Origin: Haliotis rufescens
Taxonomy: Eukaryota
Reading direction: 5' to 3'
Assembly: GCF_023055435.1 (NCBI RefSeq)
Contig: NW_025964334.1
Coordinates: forward strand, 5,704,001-5,768,000
Length of the DNA stretch: 64,000 nt
The first letter of the stretch is position 1. Every line of letters begins with the position of its first letter. Both the position numbers and the translations under genes were made by a program. The notes under the pieces are model-generated. The model was given only the letters and a program-made list of their open reading frames with translations. It had not been told where the DNA came from and ran no database searches. This document shows, in pieces, positions 1 through 13,181 of the stretch.

Positions 1-641
1 CACCGATGCCACGAAGACATTATCATCTTCTTCAAAGTGGCAGCGATCTACTTCAAGATCATCATTGTAAGTGTGTTATTCCCTGAATGCCCGTGTGTAT
101 TGTTCCGCTCCTGTTGTCTGGCCACTTCAAGCCTATCACGCGTCCCAAACCTGCCCCAAACCACATGTAAACATGGGAGCTAGGGTTCCCTCTATTAGTA
201 TCTAGTCAGCTGGTCAAGTCATCAGTAACACTTGGTGGCCGCCTCCCACTCTCAAACTGACCGCAGTGTTTAGTCTGGTCTTGGGGGGGCATTAGTTCCA
301 AGTGGATGGTGGCTTCCCACTATCATGTTAACCCTTGATGTGTTGACTTACTTACAGACCCTTGAGCTTGTTGTCTTATAAAACAATCACCCTCATTCCA
401 CTCTCAGCTCTAGCAGCCGATACACATCCAATTTTCATCTCTAATGGAAGAGGCTTAAGGGTTCTTTAATTTTCAAGGGTTCTAATCTTTTATCTTATGC
501 AGTCTAGTAAAATTTTGTTCAGTATAATAAGCTCAGCTAATAGTAGTCCACATAATGACACCAAAATCTACTGAAAATGTTGAGAGCCTAGATTGGGCTT
601 GCAGACTCAAACGTTTTTGTCACAGGCTATTCATGTAATCT

Positions 642-1065
642 TATACATAGAGAATCTCACCCGAGTGTCTTTTGATATCAAATATATCAACACGAGTTGA
701 TAAAAGTGGAAAAATTCCGAGGCTTGACGAGGTATTTTGCCACTTTTATCAACGATTGTTGATATATTTGATATCAAAAGACACGAGGGTGAGATTTTAT
801 TTATCATCCAACATCATTCTTCCAACTTTTTCAATTTATAGACAGTAATTAGCAGTGTCTTCAGTGTAAAAAGTACTGCTAACATATTCAGTAGCAGAGC
901 CATTAGTGATGTCATTGGATTGTGACGTCATGGTAACCAGTGACGTCACAATGGTCTGCAAAGCATTGTGATGTAATTTCATTGCAGCGATATCTACAGT
1001 GTAGTTATCGTTTGATCTAATCCAACCCATATCTCCTGTGGGAGCCAGTTTTGGATGATAAATAA
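642..1065. mobile_element. Palindromic non-autonomous element (about 145-bp hairpin plus a nested 15-bp inverted repeat)
   Basis: 653-796 is a near-perfect palindrome around ccgaggcttgacgagg. ttatttatcatccaa (797-811) is the exact inverse of ttggatgataaataa (1051-1065). Confidence 0.6.
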
Positions 1066-1885
1066 CTATACATACATAATTATATTTCAAGAACAATATG
1101 ATAGCCTCCATTATTGGGTTTCCTGTTTTAAGTCATAGGGATAGATTCCTGATTATGTTAGAGCCCTTTGATTTGAGGTATGTTCTTTTCTATCATTATT
1201 GGAGATTTCAATTCAATATTAAAATATTTCAGATGATACAAGTGTAAAAAAATCATCAAATAAACTCCTGCCAGGCCTCGGTTCCAAGCAACTAATATCA
1301 GCATATTTAGACAACAATCATTTAGCTGCATCACAGCAAGGGTTAACAGAATTCCCCTACCCCCTTCAAGCATCCTGTAAAGTTCTTTATCCCTGGTTTC
1401 CACAAATCCCATGGATGATTAACAAGGCTTGTTGTACCTGACCCCGGGTTCACAGAGGCTGCACCGTAACCATCAGAGGTGGTTGAACGCTGTGAGTATC
1501 TTGTCCATTGTAAAACCATAAATTATAGATAAGCCTACTGATAGCATCCATTGTAAACACATAAAGCCATAAAAGTGATGCTGGTTGATTGCCCTCTTGT
1601 GGTTCTCGCTGTACGGCGATCACATACTACTGACGTTGAAGTGCCCTTATAACAATATAATATCGGGAATTGTTGGTTGATTTATTGTGACTCATCCCGT
1701 ATATCACACTTCCACTTGAACCCTTTTAAGTCACCTAAATCTCAACAACAACATGTCAAGTAATGGAACAGTGTCTTAAGTTGCAGTTCAGAATGATCCA
1801 GTTATACCATGGCAGCCTGTAAATAGTAGAGTCTTGTCCAGGAAAACCAGTGGTTAACAGGATGAGGAACAATTTCAGCAACCAG

Positions 1886-1987
1886 AATGCCGTTGTACGA
1901 AGCAATCTTAGCGCTAAGGTGATCGTAGCTCCCATACCTTAACAAAGACTTATGACAGTCTTAGCGCTAAGGTTGTACAACAGCACC
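1886..1987. mobile_element. MITE family G (about 105 bp, CAG TSD, PIF/Harbinger-like)
   Basis: Inverted ends with cttagcgctaag motifs and cag on both sides. Other copies near 20449-20545, 39155-39255, 44992-45100, 60788-61000 and 63123-63225. Confidence 0.75.
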
Positions 1988-2485
1988 CAGGACATAAAGA
2001 TCAAGTAAAACCATGGCAGCCTGTGAATTAATGAGTCTTGTCCAGACAAGCCAGTGGTTAATACGACGAGAAACAATCTCAGCCATCAGGACATGAAGAT
2101 ACACATTGTATTTCTATCATGCCAAACTCATCACTATTCCAGCTATATGACAGCAATCTGTAAATAACCTGGACAGACAATCCAGTGACTGATACAATGA
2201 GCAACGATCCATGCAGTACAGTGACACTCAATGAAATCAAGTCAACGAGCCTGACCACCCAATCCATTACGTCAGCTCATATGACTAGCCTGGGTCGCTC
2301 AGGAGACCAATTCCATCCTGGAATCACCAGGGAAGTCACACAATGTAAGCAACCGATTCTCATCAGTCATTACAGTACTTCAGACCTTGTATACCCCCTT
2401 CCCCTTCTCTATCTCCCCCCTTCCTAAACCAATGCTTTACCACGGAACTTTCATAATGGGATAAAACATTCATCTTTTCTTTCCA

Positions 2486-2706
2486 TTTATTTGTTTGTTG
2501 TTTAACCCCGCACTCAGCAATATTCCAGCTATATGACGGCGGACTGTAAATAATCAAGTCTGGACCAGACAATCCAGGGATTGACATCATGAACATCGAT
2601 CCACGCAATTGGGATCGATGAAATGCATCAACCAAGTCAGCGAGCCTGACCACCCGATCCCGTTAGTCGCCTTTTACGACAAGCATCGTCCCTTTTACGG
2701 CAAGCA
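2486..2706 (-). mobile_element. Retroposon family B, 5'-truncated
   Basis: Family B body and (AAAC)n tail; 10-bp TSD tttctttcca at 2476-2485 and 2707-2716. Confidence 0.85.
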
Positions 2707-3134
2707 TTTCTTTCCAAACCACACCTCAGAGCTTCAATATTAAGTGACATCTTGTCCAATCTTGATAAAACGTGGGAATAACTTAAGGTGATATGACAAT
2801 ATATAGTTCAAACAATGAACCAATGGTTTGCAAGTAACAATGGGAAACACTGTCTACTGATTAGTAACAGAAATCACGGAAGTTGTGTGTGCATCAAGCT
2901 CCAGTCTGAAGATGATGTAGCTGCATTAATACATCAATGAACCACCCACAGAGAAGGCTGTCTTCACAAGAACTGCCCGTCTTGTGGAGCTACAGAAGAC
3001 TTTCACAAGTCTCTATGGCAATAATTATTAGCTTAAATCATAATTTCTATATTATATAAATAATAAGAACAATTGTCCCCATAAAAGACCTGTACTGTCC
3101 GCTTATCTAGAATTGCCTATTATATTATGCCTTT

Positions 3135-3290
3135 GTTCACCCAGCAGTGCATGGGTACCCGGTAGGATGAGATGGCAAAGGGGTAGTAAACCTTCCAATG
3201 CCTAACAGGCAGCTAGGGTTGTATACTCCCCAGGGAGCTGAGAATGACTGTCGAGTGCACAATGATCATTGACTGAGGCAATAATGCATA
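3135..3290 (+). mobile_element. Old SINE fragment (CORE/Nin-like central domain and tail)
   Basis: cacccagcagt..atgggtacccgg and gggttgtatactccccagggagctgag resemble conserved invertebrate SINE domains as I recall them. Single copy in this window. Confidence 0.4.
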
Positions 3291-4397
3291 TAAATCAGTA
3301 ACGACATATAAAAAGATCCCGTTCTTCGCCTCTTACGACAAGCATACATCCCATCAATGAAGTTGCTTTGTATGACAAGGACAGGTTGCTGGGGAAAAAT
3401 TTTAAGCCAGAATCCCCTCTACTCTCTATATTATAAGGGCTTGAGCATACAAACACAGGCAGTGATAGAAATTGTCACCCGTCCTATAGTCCTTGCCAAA
3501 CTGCTTAATAGTTAAGTATCATAAGGACAAGTAGAGATTTGACATTGATAAGGGTTTTGGTATGTGTTTTTATATAAGGATGAGGGGATAAAAAAAAGTT
3601 TGTTTCTTTGTAATTTTTGTAAACAAGTAATGTGTTTTTCATAAATTGTAAATGAACTTCCCTGATCAATCAATGTTTACAACAAAAGATGGCAAATATG
3701 CCATAGCTATTGTCCTGCATATTTCCCATTGTCTTGTGAACAGTCTGCCACGCCAGACGGACGCAATATCGCCACTGACTTCACGTCACACTGGAATCAT
3801 TGACCCGCTTGAGCTCAACACGTTTTTCTTCCTATTTTGTTAATGAATACGACTGGTGGCTTTTATCAAGAAGCAGGTGCTTGTGATAGGTTGATGTTGT
3901 TACCATGGCAACAGTACACACTAATCACAGCATTACATCATCAATTTTCTGCAACCAACAGAGCAGTTGAAAGCCTCATCGCAACCAGCTCGCACAGAAG
4001 CATGAAGCATGTTACTGCAGATATCTAGGATGATGAATTATTCATGAAAAGGTAAACCTGTCAAGAATGTTCCTCTGAGGAAATACTGTATTGCTTCTTT
4101 GTTTGTTTTCAAATGAAATCCATGGAGTGAGAAATGGAATAAGTGATACAGAGGAGGGGGGGGGTTGAAATGTCAACTCCAACCATGTCATAGATCCAAA
4201 AATAATTCTGCCTGGAGGAAGTAAACCAGTGCTTGATAGCGAGAGGATCAATACATTCACTGCAGGGGCTTTACATCGAGGCACAATCAGCAGGCCAACA
4301 ATCTAGGAGCTTCCTGATCTATGGCTGAATTAAACCTTTCCTCCTCTTCCTCGTCCTCGTCCCCACACCCTTCACCACCATCATCATTAAGCTAATA

Positions 4398-4627
4398 TGT
4401 TTTGTTTGTTTGTTTGTTGTTTAACGGCACACTCACCAATATTCCAGCTATATGACGGCGGTCTGGAAATAATCGAGTCTGGACCAGACAATCCAGTGAT
4501 TGACATCATGAGCATTGGTCCACGCAATTGGGACATGATGACATGCGAGCCTGACCAACTAATCCCGTTAGTCGCCTCTTACGGCAAGCATGGGTTGCTT
4601 ATGACCTATTCTACCCCTGATCTTCAC
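4398..4627 (-). mobile_element. Retroposon family B (single-hairpin subtype)
   Basis: Aligns by eye to other B copies, with an internal deletion. Confidence 0.85.
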
Positions 4628-5742
4628 TCAACTCAAAGCATCGTACAAAAGCAGTAGAGTTCTTGTTCAAGGCTGTCAGTTCCTGTAGGGAAAAGCCTGA
4701 AGCAACTGTCCTTCCAGGATGATTCATAATTTTTTATGGAAATAAAGAACTCAGGTTTGTAGTATCAGCCTTAATGATGCACATTATCGGAGCTTTCTTC
4801 CACTATTGCAGCCACAGTTGAACAGCCACACTTATACAACTGTTGAAGTCGAGATGAAATACAGAGCCAGCAACAACATTTTCACATTTGGCACCAGAAT
4901 ACAAAATATTTTCAGTTATTTGGTACATACAAGACAAATATAAGCTGTAATTAGATCAATTCGCCTGTTTAACATGACTTCCATAACCCTCAGCTACCAC
5001 GCAATCATGTGATAAAGCGAGTCCATGAGGCGACAGCTTAACAAATTAGTTAGAGATCAGTGAGTCATGCATGACTAACAGCAAATACACTGGGAGTAAC
5101 TGGCAGGTTACAAGTGTCAACATTCAACAATTGGCAACTCAAATATCTTAACTCACGACAGTCTGGAAAGGAACTAACTGACAGTTTATTAAAGGTAACG
5201 TGACTATTCTAAAATGAAAAGTATCAAACATCAACCATATAAATAATTTTGGGCAACTTATTTTTTTTGAAACACCACATTATTTAAAGACAAGCGACAG
5301 AATCAGCATAAGGATTTGGCATTAGTCCTTTAAGCAAAGATGCCCAATAGTTAAGGTATCATAAGAACTGGTAGAAATTTGCCCTTTTTAAGGGTTTTCC
5401 TGTATGTTGGACCAGTGTTTCTACCGCTGAAAAACCTTTCCATAATAAGAAATCTCTGCTAAAAGCACATGCTACAATATCATCAGCATGTGTGTATGAA
5501 TAATATCAACCTCATCATATATATATATACATGTATACTCCACATTTTTTACATTAGTGAAGGTGAACTGTAAAACAGCATGAGAAAATGGTTTCACTAA
5601 GATTATACACTACTCAACATTTGCTAAAGATCAAAATTGTAATCTAAAGTCAAAGGTGTGGTCCTCAGAAAACACTGTGTCGTACATCCATACAACCACC
5701 ACAACCATCTAAAACCACAATTCACAGATCCCTTAAACAGTC

Positions 5743-5893
5743 CTGCGATAGAAACTAACCATTTTAGTCCACTAATCCTTATAATGATAACATTTAGCAA
5801 AACCCTTAATAATAACAATTTTCTACTAGTCCTTATGATACCTGAACTGTTAGGCAGTTTGGCAAGAACTGTAGCAGAAAAGGACTAACGCTG
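5743..5893. mobile_element. MITE family E (about 155 bp, CAG..CTG ends, 5-bp TSD)
   Basis: Family E body with cagtc on both sides. Partial or related copies near 3460, 5314, 6478, 9387, 16340, 17878, 41657 and 58905. Confidence 0.8.
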
Positions 5894-7375
5894 CAGTCCC
5901 AGAATCTGACCATGTAAAAGATATAAGCAACTAAACAAGCTTTCATTATAGATTTCCCCCTCAAACACATGACTTTTAAAGACTAAGATTTGGATGACAA
6001 GACCTGTAGGTTTTATGTATATTATAACCCTCCACAGCTTCCGCCCAACTTGGCTGTACCTTCAGATGTTCCCCACCAATATCTGGGGGGAATCAGTCTG
6101 TGGTTGGTGGGAAGATGATCTGTTGACCAACACGCTACTGATAAACATAACTGGTACTCACATGTGGCCAATGGCTCATATAGATTGCATTGAGATATCT
6201 GTAGCAGTACTGGTCCACAAACTCATCATCCAGAGTTGGGGCTGGTGGAGTTTACAGCATGAAATCTCTGATGACTAATTTACCATCATCTGGCTTTGCT
6301 ATAGTAATTGAAACTTCGTACTAAGGTGTTCAGGGATTTGAACTACTGATTTGAGAAAAGTGTCTCCTCTCCTAGATCAGGAAGATTGGGCTAGACCTGA
6401 TGGTGTTAGTGAATTGCTTGTTCCTCAACGCCAGATAATCCATAACAAGGTACTAATCTGGGATGAAACGAACCAAGAAATCTTCTAGCCTGAATAGTGA
6501 TAACATTTAGCAATACTCTTAAAATGTTTGAAATTCTACTTGTCCTTAGGATACCCTTAACATTAACCAAACTGGTCAAGGGCTATCGGGCTAGTGCTAA
6601 TTTCCATCCCTGAATATGACATTTGCAAAGTATTAGAAGACTTTCAAGAATTTAAGACACACACAAAATGACAGTGAAGCAGCTCTCCATCTAAACAATG
6701 TGGATTTTGAGGAGGTAAATGTCCCGCATGTCTGGGTATTATTTAAAGAAAAAATAGAAATCAACAAATTTTCACGTAACTCTTTCCCTATTTAATCTTT
6801 GTAGGTAGGAAACACATTTTATTTAAATTTGTGTTTTGACTTTATAACCATGGTCCTGCGTTTCAGTTTCTGTCTTTATTCATCTCTTTCAGTTGTGTCG
6901 AACCTTCAACCTCAACACAAAGGTGTCTAACTGTAAATGAACATATATTTCTTCTTCCCTTTTCCCCAATCTAAATTGAACAGCTTGTGAACATTAACAC
7001 CAGGAGGGTTAAATCGTGCCAGTATTGTACTGTGTGGGCATGTGGGAACCAGCTGACAATTGTGATGATTGACCTCAGCAATGCCTGGATCCCATTCTCC
7101 CCCTTCCCTCACCAGGGTCCACCCATACCTGGCACCGAGCAGGAACTGTGTACATTCTTCCTACCTACACCACCTCAGCTGTAAATATCATAATGTTTTC
7201 ACCAGATGGGACCTTCGTCCAAAGTTTATCCTGGCCATTACATCTCCTTAAACTTTCTTCGTTAAAAAGCTGACTCTCCTTTCCCTGGTTACAAGCCATT
7301 ACACCTTTTTAAACTTTCTTCCTTAAACAGCTTTTTCTCATGAAACCTCCCTAAACTTTCTCTTAAATACACATT

Positions 7376-8135
7376 TCTTTCACCCAACCTTTTCCTCCAT
7401 TCGACCAACCAATTTCTCCATTCACCCAACCATCTTCTCCATTCAACCAACCTTTTTTCTCCATCCGACCAACCTTTTTCTCCATTTGACCAACTATTTC
7501 TCCATTCAACCAACCTTTTTCCTCCATTCAACCAACCATTTTCCTCCATTCGACCAACCATTTTCTCCATTCACCCAACCATTTTCTCCATTCGACCAAC
7601 CATTTCTCCATTCAACCAACCTTTTACTCCACCCAACTATTTTCTCCATTCACCCAACCATTTTCTCCATTCGACCAACCATTTTTCCATTCAACCAACC
7701 TTTTTCTTCCATTCAACCAACCATTTTCCTTCATTCAACCTACCTTTTTCTCCATTTACCCAACCTTTTTCTCCATTTACCCAACCTTTTTCTCCATTCA
7801 CCCAATCTTTTTCTCCATTCAACCAACCATTTTGAACTGTTGCCCTACAAACTAGTCTGGGCTAGTGTTAATCCCTGAAAATGCCATTTGACAAGTATTA
7901 GAAGAGACTTTCAAGAATTTAAGATACACACACTCCATTCACCCAACCATTTTCAACTGTTGCACTACAATTTTCTCTTCTTCCCACAATTTTCTCTTCT
8001 ACCCAACATTTTCTCTTCTACCCAACATTTTCTCCTTCCATCCAACAAGTTTCTCCTTTCACCCTACATTTTCTCCTTTCACCCTCCAATTTTCTCCTAT
8101 CCAAAAACATTTTCCTTCTCCTTCTTCCTTTCTTC
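7376..8135. repeat. About 20-21-bp minisatellite (ttctccattcaaccaaccatt), degenerating rightwards
   Basis: Direct tandem units; explains the low-complexity ORFs at 7289-8154. Confidence 0.9.
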
Positions 8136-8324
8136 CTGTCCCAGGGAGAAGTGATAGGGTATTCTACTGGCTAAAGCATCTGCTAGTGAAGACCTGGGTT
8201 CCGTAACTTGTGGGATCTACAATGTCATACAGTGTTGGAAATAAGAGCAGTCCTTGCGTCCTTGCGGTCTTCTCATGTGGTACTTGAATCTAGTGCCCCT
8301 AAATCTGTAACTTTTGACATGAGA

Positions 8325-8751
8325 CATAGGTAGATTTAACAACAAATTTGTTTGTAGCAAGCAGGGCTTGCTCCTTCTCCAAACTAACTGGCCCACAACT
8401 AAATGGTGGAAGTCGTGAAGTAGCCGAACCTGAGGCCACGTAGACACCTAGCAGGGCTTTGAAAATTTTAGAAGTCCTCACCCTTAAAACATTTTTTCCT
8501 GAACTCAAGATTAAATCTTGGCTTCCATTTGCCTCATGTCATGGTGATTTATGAGCAGATAAACTTGTTGTAAAACAACACTACAAACTGGCCACAGTTT
8601 GTCATTCTACCGAAATGATACGATTAAAAAAATTAAAAATACACAGAGAAAGGGTGAAATTTTGACTTGCCAGACTGGCCATCTATTTTACGTTTCAGCA
8701 AACCCTTTGTAATTTTAACTGGCAACAGGCCAGCATTTAAATCGACCCCAT
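8325..8751. mobile_element. MITE family L (about 430-450 bp)
   Basis: Full-length inverted homologue of 51322-51772. Confidence 0.75.
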
Positions 8752-9962
8752 TAGGGTTATGACAACAACCCCTGGACTTTCACGCTTAATTTCACTATTT
8801 GGTGCCTGCGACTTCATAATAATTAATCAGAAAATGGATTCCTCCAGATAAGCAACAATGGGGAACGTACACATCATGCCTTGCATCATGCAACTAATTA
8901 ACGAAATATCATAACGTGTGTTGCCTGGGAAAACATGCCCCTCCCTTCCCTATATTTCCTTGCCCACTGCAAATTAGTATCAGTCCATGACACACTGCAC
9001 ATAAATCAACTACCATCAGGAAATAATGTGAAATATACACACCAGCATACGAAATCAGAATGAGCAGTAATTCCCTTCTTCCTTCCCATTGGCTGAAGCT
9101 ACCTTCCTATTGCTTGCATCACACAGTCAATACATAGCACAGACCATGTTCATATCACATAGCCATGCGATATATAACATGAAATCGTCAAAGTCATGAA
9201 ATATGATCATGAAGCCTTCACCGATATTGTGACTAAGCTGTTGTTTATTGCATCAGTGCATGGAAGTTAATACCGTCCCAGCCCTATACTATACATTGCC
9301 TTTCCTTTATATTCATAGTGCTGATTAACAAACACAGTTAATATCCAAGGGAATTTACAAAAATAACAGGTTTCTAGTAGATTGAACAGGGATGGAAATT
9401 AGCACTAGCCTGCTAGCCTTGACCAATTTTGTTAATGTTCAAGGTATCCTAAGGGCGAGTAGAAGGGGGTATTGCTACATGTTATCACTATTCTGGCTAG
9501 AAGACATTCATGGTAAATTTCCATCCCTTATTAATAAAAGAGATTATGGAAACAGAATAACAGACAGAGGTTCAAAAACACCATATCCCAAACATCTATC
9601 CATCATGTTTGACGGATGTTCTGAATATAAGGGCATGTGATAACAAAGACAATGTCTTTTTATCTAAGGTGCAAAGGACACTGTTTAGGTATGAATATTC
9701 ATGTTTTACAAGTGAGGATATTGTTGATTACAGCATTAAACAAACAAACTAGTGACGCATATACTGTATGCCAGTTTTTCATACATGAAAGATTTTTTGT
9801 TGCGTCATCTGTTGTCCTTGCGGTGTATTGTTTCCGAGTGGCAATATGATCTGAACAGTCAATCCTCCCTTGTCAAAATAGGCTGCTGCCCAACAAGTCT
9901 GTCACAAGCTGAGACATATCATCCATTGCATAAAACAGTTTGGAATTTCGCAATTCATCAAG

Positions 9963-10131
9963 TGAGTGAGTGAGTGAGTTTGGTTTTACGCCTCTTTTAG
10001 CAATATTCCAGCAATATCACGGCAGGGGACACCAGAAATGGGCTTCACACATTGTACCCACGTCGGGAATCGAACCCGGGTCTTCGGCGTGACAAGATAA
10101 CGCTTTAACCACTAGGCTACCCGACCTCCCC
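9963..10131 (-). mobile_element. SINE family A (tRNA-Asp-like head, (TCAC)n tail)
   Basis: A box tagcctagtgg, B box ggttcgattcc, tcatcaag duplicated on both sides. Confidence 0.9.
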
Positions 10132-10786
10132 TGTAGCTCATCAAGCCAAGGTGATATCCTGACACTTTATGCAATAAATCGTGAAGAGTTTAGAGAAGGC
10201 AATTACAGCAAGATGCCCTATACACACCTGCAAACAGGATCTGATAGATTTATGAAATATCACTCAAGAATTCAAGCAAGAAGATATTTGTATTGAAATC
10301 ATTCAATCAAACAAGACCGATGGCAAATTTTCAGGTGTTCTGACAAGCCACTGAACAACCTATAAATCTGTCCTTCCTTTTCAAGGCCGGAAATACTGAA
10401 CAGGGAAACAAACAAACTCCTGACACAGCAGAAACCATGACAATAAAATGGAGGATAAAGCATCTGGAAGTCAACCTTTGCAAAGAGTTACCGGTAACCG
10501 TGTCATCAAATGAAAACTGACTGCACAATGGTGTTAGAGAACTCTGCCTTCAGACCGGAGAGCGAGCTGAATAACATGTTGGACTGTGGTGACACGCTAA
10601 CAAAGATTTTCGCAAAACTATTACCATTTATTGGCGTTGCCTTGAAAACATCATTTGCCTGACTTAAACATGACACAGAATCTTCAGTGAGGGAGCTAGT
10701 GTCACTCTGGTTGAAGAATTTCAATCTTGTACAGGTGACCTGGAAATGGGATATTTGCTTGTATGGAGTGAGTGAGTTGGGCTTAA

Positions 10787-10955
10787 CGGTACACAGTATA
10801 CCGACTCCGAGCCGATCAGTCCTTGTTGCCCAGCGCCAGCCAGGGCAACAAAAAGTACCATGCTTTAACATCTTTTGGTACGATGTGTTCAAAGATCGAA
10901 CTGACAGTCGTCCGCTCTCCAGGCCCATGCTCTTTGTATTAGACCATGGAGGTGG
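10787..10955 (-). mobile_element. SINE family D-related, deleted
   Basis: Shares cacagtatac.gactccgagcc..cagtccttg and agtaccat segments with 22402-22758. Confidence 0.65.
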
Positions 10956-11348
10956 TCTCGGTAACTTTGAAGCCTCTGACTAACAGTGGTGTACCCTAAT
11001 TGATGCAGTGACATGCTCAGTGGTATCTCTACAGCCTTACTGGGCCTGACTGTTGCTACCGGGGCAGTTGAGCGCGACAAGCCATGTCGCTATTCACATG
11101 GACCCTCACAGGGACTACACAAACACCATCATGCAACATTGTATTTACAGTCCTGTTTGAAACAAGCCCTGCTGTGTCAAAGACGCTTACAAAGCTGAAT
11201 GACGCTGCACTGCACAAAGATATTTAACTTGCTGGAGGACTCTATGGGGAAGAACAACATGGATAGGGGGGCAGTTATGTGTAGTGTGTTTTGTGGTTGT
11301 CAAACATGCACAACAGAATACAGCAAAAGCTATTACCAGAAGGTTACA

Positions 11349-11475
11349 GTGAGCGAGCGAGCGAGCGAGCGAGCGAGCGAGTGAGTGAGTGAGTGAGTGA
11401 GTGAGTGAGTGAGTGAGTGAGTGAGTGAGTGAGTGAGTGAGTGAGTTGGTGTGTGAGTGAGTGAGTGAGTTAGTG
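11349..11475. repeat. (GAGC)n(GAGT)n compound microsatellite
   Basis: Seen directly. Confidence 0.95.
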
Positions 11476-11864
11476 AGCACAAGTCCTGGCCAGTGGTTGA
11501 TAGTATGTGCAATATTCCACATGCTGGGATATAATAACTTAACCAGCCAGGTCATACATTGTTATCACATGCTATTTAACAGTTGATGCTTAAGACAAGT
11601 ACTTGGAACCAATTCTACCAAAGAATCAATATAGTCTGATTGTAATTTACACAGTAATTGATCAGTTTTCCCCAATGAAGACCAATAATTAATCTTTAGC
11701 CCAAACTCTAACCTCACAGTCAATGTCATAACATAGTAACTCACTGTCTCTCTGTTTGAGCACAGGTGAGGAGTAGCACCTGTACTATCTTTCCTATACA
11801 AGGCACACTTCATCAAGTCCACTGATGGTATTCAACTGTCTTGTGGTCAGATTAATGCAAAATA

Positions 11865-12213
11865 CCGTATTCGACATAATAAGCTCACAGGGTGCTCTCA
11901 AAATTAGAAATAGGGAGCTCTTATTAGAATATTATTTTAGTGAAAAAAAAACACAGTTGAAAGATCGTAAATTTTGTGGTTTATGCTGACAGCCTAAAAT
12001 GTTTACATACGACAGATATATTTTTCCAGAATTCAACTGCCCATAATTAAGGGTGCATATAACACACGAGTGCGTATTATACACGAAAAAATAAGTCTTG
12101 TGTACATTGATCTATCAGAAGGGATGCTGATTAGGATTGTTCACTAGCCAATATATTAGCAAATATCACTGTGGGCGCTTATTAGAGCAATGCGCTTATT
12201 ACGTTGAATAAGG
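11865..12213. mobile_element. MITE family F (Tc1/mariner-pogo-like, TA TSD)
   Basis: TA-CCGTATTCGAC.. terminal inverted repeats (TIRs); homologues at 27421-27677 and 49810-50158. Confidence 0.85.
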
Positions 12214-12591
12214 TACATGAAATAGTGAATACATCTTGATTAGGCAATAGATTCACTGTGCAGTTTGAATGAGGCTATGGATCAGCAGAAGGGTAGACAC
12301 CATTGGTCAATCGAACTAGTCCACAGCTCATTTCAACCCTGTGGTTTACGTAAACTAACTTAATTCTGGGTGAAAATAACTAGGCCCTATTGATTTTTAC
12401 TAGTCTTGGACTAGCAGCCATATCTATTACCAACCTGTGTAAATATTAATACGAAACTGTGTCTACAACCCCGCTTATTGGCTGGGGAAAGGGTAGCTCT
12501 GCATCAGAGCTTGCACAGACTTATAAGGAAGGCCAGAATATCTGTGCATTTGGGTCAACTTGGCTTTTTCCCCACATGCTACATAATACTG

Positions 12592-13127
12592 TAGACTTTC
12601 ACAAGTCTCAAAGGCAATAATTATCAGGTTAATTCATAATTTCTAGATTATGTAAATAATAAGAACAAGTTGTCTCTATAAGAGACCAGAGTCCTTAGTT
12701 CACATATCTAGACTTGCTGACGAGGAGGATGGAATTACTACACATCGGTGGATCGCAGTATTTTTCTTCCCGATACAAGTATCGATCACAGTCGCACAAA
12801 AAGTAAAAAATATCGATTCATTCCATGTTTTCTTTAAATGGCTGTTACACCAAACACTAATTAGTAGTGAAAATTAGTAGTGAAAAGGTAAATATTTTCA
12901 TTCATTATTTTCAACTGTAAATTGTCAGTGTGCCAGTTATTTGACTATCCTGTCTATTAAAAAGATGGCTTACACACCACAGGTAAAAGCACATACAAGT
13001 ATCGTGGTACATATCAGATCGTGAACAAGGTATTGTGATACGTATCGGATCGCATAGTTGGTGTAACGTCCCATCCCTACTACACATCCATGGACTCTTC
13101 TTTTAGTACAGCCTTGGAGCAAGGCTA
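12592..13127. mobile_element. DNA element family H (TAG..CTA ends), interrupted by a hAT-like MITE
   Basis: Homologous to 44551-44831, 59230-59616 and a fragment near 2993-3125. Confidence 0.75.
12746..13079. mobile_element. hAT-like MITE nested in family H
   Basis: 8-bp TSD ctacacat (12738-12745, 13080-13087), right end ccatcccta, subterminal gatac/gtatc repeats. Confidence 0.8.
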
Positions 13128-13181
13128 GAGGGCATATACATGGTCACTAAGACTTGTTACTGTTACGTCTACTTATGTTGA

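Noticed and set aside
1-340. Possible plus-strand exon (ATT|gtaagt at about 66) or LTR fragment
   Set aside because: Truncated by the window edge, with no recognisable product or partner exons.
4130-4390. Possible decayed transposase (RYQA..HGW-like motif and an acidic tract on the minus strand)
   Set aside because: Multiple stops and too little similarity to support without a profile search.
6160-6242. Exon-like stretch ending CAT|gtgagt (PTLDDEFVDQYCYRYL...)
   Set aside because: Wrong phase and no similarity to NDR kinase.
8299-8508. LEKEQ motif as the next STK38 exon
   Set aside because: The surrounding residues do not match VRLVQK..YAMK, there are no suitable splice sites, and it lies inside MITE family L.
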